Below, piece by piece: positions 43,099-51,038 of a stretch of 64,000 bases of DNA (within the stretch, counting starts at the first letter, position 1; each line of letters begins with the position of its first letter). The notes under the pieces were generated by a model. That model saw only the letters and a program-made list of their open reading frames with translations, did not search any database and was not told where the DNA came from. Location of the stretch: the IMG/VR virus record IMGVR_UViG_3300043446_005051, positions 1 through 64,000 of that record; one strand, 5' to 3'. Source of the stretch: a virus. The position numbers were made by a program, and so were the translations under genes.

Positions 43099-43722
43099 AG
43101 GGCTTTAGTGCGTCTATTCCCTGGTGCATCTGTGTTATTCCAAGCTGGAACATAATCGCACATCTCGTCGTATCCGAGTTCAGATGCTTCCCCACTCATT
43201 TAATCTAATGAGCAAATCAAATAATTGAATTCACCTTCTATGCTTGCGACCCTGATTTGATCAGAATCTAGCCTCGTACATCTTCTAACTTTCTATACCG
43301 TGAATATAGTCTGTCAGAGGTCTTACGACACAATCACCCATTTTCACAGATGACGTTAGGGGCTTCGGCTTCATCAATTGCAGTTTGCCTAATGTACCAC
43401 CCGAAGGAACGATACACGGTGCTTTCACGGCGATTCCTTAACCGAAGAATCGTTTACCGTCCTATTTCTGGGATAACTACTGTAATTCACCAGTCATATA
43501 AGAAGCATTCACTATTGGCGTTGTGCTCACTCTCATATGCTACTTACGGTATCTGCTTCCGCCAAGAAGAATTAACCGATAGAAGATTGGTGGAGTTGGC
43601 CGAGGCAATCACCTCTAGTCTCCATCTTCCTTTCCCTTATACATCTTACGATGCCTGACCCTCATAGATTAGAAGTCAGTTTTCTAAGACCTTTTCAATC
43701 TTAGGGGAGGGACAATCCCGAT
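43099..43722 (-). ncRNA. Large (~620 nt) ornate non-coding RNA, ROOL/GOLLD-class candidate
   Basis: Between tRNAs, own TTGACA-N17-TATGGT promoter (43729-43757), raised GC, no credible ORF, more than 10 hairpins including GNRA/UUCG loops, 5'/3' pairing. Confidence 0.72.
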
Positions 43723-43867
43723 AAGACAACCATAGAGTAAAACTCTTGAGTTGTCAATGGTTCTGGAAAGACTTGAACTTTCTTCAGCCCCTTATAAGGA
43801 GGCGGCCTTAACCCATAGGCGACAGAACCAATAAGACAATCATAAGACCTAAATCTCAGATTGTCAA
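43721..43867 (-). promoter_or_regulatory. Two related 37-bp spacers (43721-43757, 43831-43867), each a sigma70 promoter and a hairpin
   Basis: TTGACA-N17-TATG(G/A)T-TGTCTTAT with GACAA(C/T).../...(G/A)TTGTC self-complementarity. Confidence 0.8.
43758..43829 (-). tRNA. trnI: tRNA-Ile(UAU), second divergent copy
   Basis: Acceptor GGTTCTG/CAGAACC, loop CT-TAT-AA. Confidence 0.88.
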
Positions 43868-43868
43868 G

Positions 43869-43950
43869 TCCTCGTTTTCAGACTCGAACTGAAACTCCTT
43901 TCGGAAGTGGTTTTTGAGACCACTGCGGCTACCGATTACGCCAAACGAGG
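43869..43950 (-). tRNA. trnL: tRNA-Leu(CAA)
   Basis: Acceptor CCTCGTT/AACGAGG, loop CT-CAA-AA, long variable arm TTCC-GAAA-GGAG. Confidence 0.92.
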
Positions 43951-44047
43951 TATTAAGTGAACGTGGCCTCAACCACCTTCATAGATTACCACTCACTCAG
44001 ATGGAAGTCAAGAGATGTGTGCCAGTTGAAAAACTGGAACCTTAATA

Positions 44048-44365
44048 TCAGTCTCTTCTCCTCCAACCATCATCGTTATCCCGATGAAAGAAATCAGCAA
44101 TGTCATCAGGTGAATCAAAATGAGTTCGGTGATTAGATGGGTCGGGGTCTCCTAAATCCAAAGCATTTAAAAACCCATCTAAACTATCTTCTGCCATACT
44201 TGGATTATCAGATAATCTTCTTGCTTGTCGCAACATTGTAGCAGCAGAGGGATTCGCCTTTGAGAGTTTTTCGGCCCATATCATATCTTCTAATGAGACT
44301 TCGTTGTGTGATGATATATTTTGGCAGATTTTTTCCAAACGAAGTCTATATGCAGTTGATAACAT
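44048..44365 (-). CDS. Conserved cyanophage hypothetical protein
   Basis: MLSTAYRLRLE.IC...DMIWAEKL...LGDPDPSNH...W..RD. Confidence 0.75.
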   Translation of the reverse strand: MLSTAYRLRLEKICQNISSHNEVSLEDMIWAEKLSKANPSAATMLRQARRLSDNPSMAEDSLDGFLNALDLGDPDPSNHRTHFDSPDDIADFFHRDNDDGWRRRD

Positions 44366-44393
44366 TTAAAATCTCCATATTAAACTTATTTAG

Positions 44394-45047
44394 TTATCTC
44401 ATATTAAGAGGAGTTAATCTAGATGATCTTCTTTTCTTCTTTTGCCTTGGAGAAAGAGGGCGACCTACACTTGCATATTGCCTATTGGAGTCATCAGTAT
44501 CTCCAAATCTATGATATTTATAAATGTCTTTATGAGTGTCTGATGCTGGAGTATTTGATACTATACTATGAGATGGGAACCGGTCTTCAACATTTTTTTT
44601 ATAGATATTTTTAGCCTTATTTGCAAGTCTTATTCTTTCTTTTTGAGACAATCCACTAACACTATGAGACACATTCCAATCTACCTCGTGATGGGGCTTC
44701 CCTTCAATATCTTTAAGCCGAGTGATTGTATAATATATTCCACTTCCTGGATGTTCTATTTGTGTTACTTTTTTATCTTTGGATTGATGTACCATTACAC
44801 CAGAATCAGAATGTGGGTTCACTGAGGGATTATCAGAACCGTGTTTTACTTTTTTTTCTAAAGTCCTAGATAATCGAAGTCTTCTTGACTTTACACTTTC
44901 TGGAGTTCTCGGTTCGTTTGGAGTTCTTTCAAGCTTCTCTTTTGATTTTTGCACTGGAGATTTACCTGAAGGTAAAGGTTCATCTGGTGGATAATATTTT
45001 TCAAGTATAATATTTGTTTTATCTATAAATTCTTGAAAAGTAATCAT
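44394..45047 (-). CDS. Basic protein with an internal-head-protein-like leader
   Basis: MITFQEFIDK...LE; K/R/H-rich. Confidence 0.6.
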   Translation of the reverse strand: MITFQEFIDKTNIILEKYYPPDEPLPSGKSPVQKSKEKLERTPNEPRTPESVKSRRLRLSRTLEKKVKHGSDNPSVNPHSDSGVMVHQSKDKKVTQIEHPGSGIYYTITRLKDIEGKPHHEVDWNVSHSVSGLSQKERIRLANKAKNIYKKNVEDRFPSHSIVSNTPASDTHKDIYKYHRFGDTDDSNRQYASVGRPLSPRQKKKRRSSRLTPLNMR

Positions 45048-45244
45048 TTTTGTTCGTTCCCTAAAGCATTAATCCAGACTTTTTTATAATCATAATCTCC
45101 AAATAAAAACTCATCTGCATTTGCAGCTTCACGATATGCATTTAGAATATCCTCTTCACACCATTCATCATAATTTGGATCTTGTGAGATTAGTTTTGAG
45201 TCCATTTTTTTATTTATGATTTTTTGATATTTATTTTTTAATTA

Positions 45245-45940
45245 TTAGTCATTTTCAATTCCATGTCTTTTTGCAGCTGCTGCCATTCTTGCTTGTAGTT
45301 TTGGTAAGGTCCGGCCTCTTCTTTCCTTATCTAATTTATCTCTTCTTGATTGCCTTCTTTCTAAATTTACTAAAGTAGTAAATGCTCTCATTGGAGTGAT
45401 TGCATTTTCTACATCTTTTAATTTCCCTCTATGCCTTCTTTCAAAAGCATGATAAGCTCCATGATGGAATCCCGGTTTTTCTGGTTTAAATTCACTTACA
45501 GGGCCTCTATTTGCAAGAACTAAATTTCTCGGGTCATCTCCATGAAATTTATTCTCCTTTCTTTGAGCAGTTTTATATCTTAGTCTCTCTCCAGGACTCA
45601 TATTTCTCATTATTTCACCAGAATGCTCTACTCCAGTTGCATGATGTAGGTCCATGCCTCTTTGTGTTCTAATTTTTCTTTTTCTATCTACTTTTAGAGA
45701 TTCCCTTGGAGTTAACTTACCTGTAGCTATTTTAATATTCTCTTCTCTTTTTTTAGATGCTTTGTCTTGAGTTCTTACATAACTAAGACCCCATTTTGGG
45801 TTTTCACTAGTTCCTCTTTGTTTTGGAACAAATCCATGTGGAATTCCTTTATAATGACTAATTAATTCATCTTTAGATGAAAAGTGAGGATATTTTTCAT
45901 ATTTAGTAGCTTCCTCTAAAAACTTTTGATATGTCTTCAT
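45245..45940 (-). CDS. Basic protein with an internal-head-protein-like leader and a possible HNH-like motif
   Basis: MKTYQKFLEEA; DLHH...GDDPRNL...HHGAYH; TAAATA upstream. Confidence 0.6.
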   Translation of the reverse strand: MKTYQKFLEEATKYEKYPHFSSKDELISHYKGIPHGFVPKQRGTSENPKWGLSYVRTQDKASKKREENIKIATGKLTPRESLKVDRKRKIRTQRGMDLHHATGVEHSGEIMRNMSPGERLRYKTAQRKENKFHGDDPRNLVLANRGPVSEFKPEKPGFHHGAYHAFERRHRGKLKDVENAITPMRAFTTLVNLERRQSRRDKLDKERRGRTLPKLQARMAAAAKRHGIEND

Positions 45941-45979
45941 TTCTACTGAACTATTTTAAGTATTTATCAGTTTTATGAA

Positions 45980-46055
45980 TCCGAATAACAGGATTTGAAC
46001 CTGTATTTTTCCTGCTCCCAAAGCAGGTGCCATAACCAAGTTAGGCGATATTCGG
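45980..46055 (-). tRNA. trnP: tRNA-Pro(UGG)
   Basis: Acceptor CCGAATA/TATTCGG, loop TT-TGG-GA. Confidence 0.92.
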
Positions 46056-46082
46056 GTAGACAACACTATATATGTTGTCAAA

Positions 46083-46156
46083 TGAGGCTGGAGAGAATCG
46101 AACTCTCATAGACTGGTTAAAAGCCAGCTGCAGTTGAACCACATTGCTACAGCCTC
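46083..46156 (-). tRNA. trnK: tRNA-Lys(UUU)
   Basis: Acceptor GAGGCTG/CAGCCTC, loop CT-TTT-AA. Confidence 0.88.
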
Positions 46157-46655
46157 AAGTAAACGTGATAATGAAGTTTCCCTCAACCACTCAATCAACT
46201 TACCACCGATTCAGAAAGAACGCAAGTGGATTGTGCCAGTTCAAAACGTGGTACATTAACATACAAAAAGAGAGAGAAAAAGTTTAAAGGCTTCTTCTCT
46301 CTCTTTTGATTTTAAATTTTAAAAAATGAATTACATTTTTCTTAAATTCTCAATCAAAAGGAAGCCATCAATGTGCTTGAGTTGGTACACTTCTGGTTTA
46401 TTCTTTTGATTAGAGTAAGAGTAAGTCATTTTAGTAATTTCAATTAAAGATATTTATACAGTTTTTTGAAGATTTTCAATAAATTCTCGAATTTTAACAA
46501 TTCTTTCAGGAGTATGCTCAGATGAATATCCAACCTGATGTTCCAGTAGAACATCTAAAACGTATTTTGCAGTTTCGGGCGTGGTTTCAATTCGAACTTG
46601 ATTTTTCATTTTCATATTAAAGTCTTTTATAATTATATAAAATTAAGTGTAATTG

Positions 46656-46898
46656 TCAAGTTTTAGAATCAATTGATTCAATCTCTCCATTTTTACGAAG
46701 AGAATGAATCAGTTTACCAATACTTTCATCTTTTTGTAAAGCATCTTGAATTTTAGTTTTTACACATTCAAAATCATCACAATAAAATTCATAGATTTTT
46801 TCATTATTTGAAGTGTATGCAATTCCTATGATGTTTTCATCTTCAATTAGATTGATTTTAGAAATTGCAGAAGAATTTGAAATGTCAAGAGTAATCAT
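46656..46898 (-). CDS. KTSC-like small protein
   Basis: SSAISKI....I.Y......YEF.....SIGK pattern. Confidence 0.5.
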   Translation of the reverse strand: MITLDISNSSAISKINLIEDENIIGIAYTSNNEKIYEFYCDDFECVKTKIQDALQKDESIGKLIHSLRKNGEIESIDSKT

Positions 46899-46919
46899 AA
46901 TAAATTAAATTAGTTTAAA

Positions 46920-47675
46920 TCAACCTTTACTTTGTCTTCTCTGCTCAGCTCTTCTCCTTGCAACGTTCAATGGATTTGTACTTCTTGCCACCCTCAAGGA
47001 ACTTTCAATATCCTCTCTAGAGTATCTATTAGTTGCATTTTGCCATTGCTTTTTAAGTCCTTCTTCATATTTCTTATGAGCACGTAATCGACTTACAGGA
47101 GTTGAACTCCTACCTTTAGCTCCTTTTTGCTTTCTTACTCCTCTACTTGAACCAATTTCACCTTCACCTTCACTTCTACCACCGTGAGGATGCCTTCCAT
47201 ATAATCTAGAACGTGACTTACTTAGTTCACCAGTATTTGGACCGTGATCAACTCTCTTTTCAGGAGGGGTGGTTGACATTCCTTGTTTAATTCTACCCGC
47301 AATTGCTCTAGGGTTTATAATTCTATCTGATTTGCGGTAGTCGGGATTATCTTCATAAGGATTAAACTTTACCCACTTACCCTCTTTTGTTTTCTTTAAA
47401 GTGGATTTTCCTGTTACATCAGGACCCAATCTAGAATGGAGATTAGATTTAATCCACAATGGAACTTTCTCTTGCTTAACTTTACTTAATTTTCCTGTAG
47501 CTTCATCTCTAACTGCTTTAAATCTACGCCTTTCTGTAATATAAGAGAGTTCTTCATTCAAAATAGAGTCAATCCAATTCTCGCTCATAACAGAAATAAA
47601 GCCATCAGCGTATTCTTCGGATTCAATAAGATTATTTTGAAGAAGATAGTCTAATACAATTTGATATTCGGACAT
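46920..47675 (-). CDS. Late protein with acidic N-terminal and basic C-terminal regions; probable virion internal protein
   Basis: VLDYLL......E.A...I..MSE.WI..I..E leader; TAAATA at ~47701. Confidence 0.6.
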   Translation of the reverse strand: MSEYQIVLDYLLQNNLIESEEYADGFISVMSENWIDSILNEELSYITERRRFKAVRDEATGKLSKVKQEKVPLWIKSNLHSRLGPDVTGKSTLKKTKEGKWVKFNPYEDNPDYRKSDRIINPRAIAGRIKQGMSTTPPEKRVDHGPNTGELSKSRSRLYGRHPHGGRSEGEGEIGSSRGVRKQKGAKGRSSTPVSRLRAHKKYEEGLKKQWQNATNRYSREDIESSLRVARSTNPLNVARRRAEQRRQSKG

Positions 47676-48195
47676 AAAAATAAAATAGATAAACCTTATC
47701 TATTTAGATAAAACAGGTTCTTCAACATCAATAAAAGCTTCACCTCTATATTCAAATGAACGAATTAATAATTGGGTAAAAAGTTCTTGTTTCTCTGGAA
47801 TCACTGCAGCAGGGTTATAAGAAATCTCATTCTTTAACGCAAACAACTCAGACCATTCTTCGGAACTTAGCATAAGTCTCCTCTGTAAGGTTAGTAAATT
47901 ATTTAGACTCAGAACCGTTGAATACGAACTCCAGATGCTTGAGAAAAGGTTAAGATTTGATTGACTCCATATAGAAGTTGAGAAATTGCGAGACTAATTT
48001 GAGGGTCTTCTGCTTTCGATGCAAAAGAAAGAGCCTCTCGAAGAGAGGCTTCTGAATCCTTTAGAGAAATCTCAACAGGCTCAGTAAGTGAGGTTTGGGG
48101 CATAATGAGTTGGAAGAGTACTTAAATATCATAGCACACTTTCGAGTTGTGAGGGAACTATATGGACAGTGTAAAAACCGTCCATCTCTCACATC

Positions 48196-48528
48196 TCACA
48201 TTCGATAGAAGCAAACCCTAGCAAGTCCCCGATGAGTTGATTCAATCTGTTGAAATAGTCCGAGTGAAAGGTCAATACTCCTATCTCCTACAAATGGGCC
48301 TCGGTCTCGTACTACACCATATGCAACGAGTCCATTCCTTCGGTTTACAATTTTAAGTCGGGTTCCAAATGGTAGATAAGGATGAGCTACAGTATTACCA
48401 TAAGGGTTAAAGGGTGCTCCAGATGCAGTGATTGAACCAGTTGAATAATAAGATGCAACTCCACAAGATGCTTGAGCGGGTGAAATGAAACCAAGTGCTA
48501 GAAGAGCAGAAATCATAATTTTTTTCAT
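48196..48528 (-). CDS. rlpA: RlpA-family (DPBB) lytic transglycosylase with signal peptide
   Basis: ASYY...TASG..F....TVAHP.LPFGT.L...N......V.DRGPF...R.IDLS. Confidence 0.9.
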   Translation of the reverse strand: MKKIMISALLALGFISPAQASCGVASYYSTGSITASGAPFNPYGNTVAHPYLPFGTRLKIVNRRNGLVAYGVVRDRGPFVGDRSIDLSLGLFQQIESTHRGLARVCFYRM

Positions 48529-49602
48529 TTAGTTATTCTCCAATAAATTAATAATAATGAACTTTATCTTTAGGTTTTTGAACCTGACGATTTAAAAATT
48601 TAATTGCACTCTCAATTGTCTCAAATTCAATTCTTTTAGGAAACATAGTCATTTCCATAAATGGAACCCAAAAGAAAAGAAATTTACGTTCTTCTGGAAC
48701 AAAAACAATGTTTCCATTTATATTTTGTTTTTCAACAATTCGAAAGTTGTTAAAAACTTTAAAAAAATTATTCATCTGTTTTTTTAGGTTTTGTTTTTGT
48801 TACCTTATAATCATCTGGTTTCAGTTTACATCTTTCTATGTATTTTTTCATATGAAATTCATCTGAAAAATAACAGAGCTTATTTTCAGTTTTATGATGT
48901 AAGGTAAATGGAAACCCTATATGTAGAGGAGGTACATTAATATCTATAGGAGTAGGTGAAGAGGTTGGAGATTGTATTCTCTTTCTAGGTTTCCGTTTTC
49001 CCTTCATTATTCTTAAATTCTTTTTCTAACTCTTTTGCTATAGCATAATATTTTCTATACATTAACATCTTAGTTAATGGATTTAACTGTACAATTGGGT
49101 GATTCCAGGTATACCAAATAAACCGATGAAATGTAATTTTTATATATCTAAAGTAAGTAAAAATATAGTCAACTACGTTTTGGTCTAAAACCATTAAAAA
49201 AGCTAAGACACAAAATGATAAGAAGAGAGTATTATAATAGATATTCATTTTTCAATTAAGATATTTTCTCTTTTTTTCATCAAATAATCTATTAAATTTA
49301 ATTTCCATTCATTTAATTCATTCTCGCAATTGGTCTCTTTAGCTTCCGTTCGAATGTCTGAATGAATGGTTTGCAAATCTAATATCATAAGGTCCAGAGC
49401 TTTTATTTGATTTTTAGTTTTTTGAATCATTTCTTTTAAATGTGTAATTGCACAAATTGTTTACTTTTTTAAGTTCAATAATGAGGTCTTTCTTTTGAGT
49501 TTCGGTTAAATTTAGCACCACATTTAATCGATTTATAATCAAATTGATTTGATTACACGATAACAAAAAAACTAAAAAGAAATTAAATGTCATCTTATTG
49601 AC

Positions 49603-49782
49603 TCAAGTCCAATTTTCTTTTTCTTTTTTTCTCAAATCTTTAAGTTCCTTATAAAGCTCTTTAATTCTTTGATGAGCTTCCTCTGGTGTTATTTTATTTG
49701 AAATTTCAAGAGATGCTATAATAGAAGCAGAATCTCCAAAATTTGCTAGAGCCTTTTCATAAGGTGAAAGATTTTCATACAT
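49603..49782 (-). CDS. Cyanobacterial DUF7219-like small protein (not in ORF track)
   Basis: LANFG....IIASLEISNKITPEEAHQRIKELYKELK. Confidence 0.55.
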   Translation of the reverse strand: MYENLSPYEKALANFGDSASIIASLEISNKITPEEAHQRIKELYKELKDLRKKEKENWT

Positions 49783-50570
49783 TTTACTACCTACTAGTCT
49801 CCTCTACTTCATCGTATGGAATATATAGGTCCCAAATCAACTCCAGATCTTCAAGAAAATAACATAGCTCATCTTCATCATCGGGTAGACTATCATTGCT
49901 TTTTAAGAAGAAATCACTAATTCCTAGGAAAGTTGATCCATCTTCTTTTTCTACAGTTGCAATCACCTCTACCTGGTTTTTAACTTGACGTACACTTTCA
50001 ATGAGATTCACATACATTGTTTAGATTTCTCCTGAATGAAATTATAAGCCGTTCTTAATGAACGGCATACACGAACTTGACCTCCCTGATGTAAAATCAC
50101 ATATTGAGAGTCCCTATATGGAATCGCACACCAAGAATCATCTTTTGTACAAAATCCATTTACCAAATCAGAAAGGTCTTTCATTTTTATTTTGAATAAT
50201 CATCGAAGTCAATAGACTCATTTAATACCTTTGTTTCTTCATACTCTTCATCTAGATACCGAAGAAATTCATAATAAGTTTTTTGATTCGATGAAGTACT
50301 ATTTTCAGTTTTAATTTCTTCAATCATAAATCAATAATTACCATATTTAGAAATCATATCAGCCATTCGGTCTGATTGTCGTTCATCTTCATCTTGATAG
50401 CCGTCATCTTCTTGTAGAAATTCTTCATAAATGTCTTCGGAGCTTTTTTCCAAGTAAAAAGGATGAGTCATAGTAATTAAAGAAACTACAAAGTTATATA
50501 GATGAAACTCACGTCTAAGTGTGAATTTCGAAACAAATCTACCAGTTAGCTGATGCAGTGTCAAGGTAAG

Positions 50571-50680
50571 AAAAAAGGAGCAGGTCACCACTCCTACTCC
50601 TTCGTCTTCTTAACTCTCTTAGTCCACCATCTAAGAGATGTCTCTTGTCCTCAAAGCTACAAAGGTTTTTTCAAAAGACC
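50571..50680 (-). ncRNA. Candidate ~110-nt small RNA with its own promoter and terminator
   Basis: TTGACA-N17-TAATCT (50686-50714); TCTCTTAG/CTAAGAGA hairpin; GGAGTAGG/CCTGCTCC-T6 terminator; no ORF. Confidence 0.55.
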
Positions 50681-50727
50681 TATACAGATTAGTGCATAAT
50701 ATTCTTTCTGTCAAGTCTCATAATTAA

Positions 50728-50858
50728 TTGACAAACCTAGAATCATTGCTATAATCCTTCTGTTCCTTGAAGGATCTATTATATCTATAGAACTCTATAG
50801 TATATTAAATCCGGGAATGTCCGAAGGACTTTACTCCGAAGGAGTAAAGATTATTCCA
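50728..50858 (+). repeat. Plus-strand promoter plus structured ~100-nt element, copy 2
   Basis: TTGACA-N16-TATAAT; same hairpin order as 28720-28846 with compensatory changes. Confidence 0.8.
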
Positions 50859-51038
50859 ACTCTTGGAGTGCTTCAAGAGCTCCTTGTATTTTTAGAAACT
50901 CTTCTTTTTTCAAATTGAATTCACTTTCAATTTCTCTTAAAGTTTTAGCTAGGTCTACTGCTTTTTCAGAAAGCATATCAAACATTTCTTTTTTTTCCAT
51001 AAATTGATATAAAATTATTTAAGTTTACAAATTATATA

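Larger units (their letters stand above)
685..48184 (-). promoter_or_regulatory. Dispersed early-promoter element, roughly 40 copies counted by eye: palindrome TGTGCCAS-N8-STGGCACA about 29 bp upstream of an extended -10 (TGnTA(T/C)nnT)
   Basis: Copies start at e.g. 1021, 1926, 2998, 3561, 4298, 5573, 5917, 6924, 7760, 8468, 8959, 10239, 11588, 12318, 13992, 14708, 33908, 34705, 35773, 37358, 41035; at gene boundaries, same orientation, near-constant spacing to TGCTATTGT/TGCTATGAT/TGCTACAAT. Confidence 0.85.

Noticed and set aside
40051-43658. ORFs 40051-40329, 40810-41028, 43014-43199 and 43350-43658
   Set aside because: They overlap tRNA genes or the structured RNA; no protein features
685-48184. 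Palindromes as integron attC sites or CRISPR repeats
   Set aside because: No RYYYAAC/GTTRRRY ends, no integrase in the window, and fixed spacing to a -10 box indicates promoter elements
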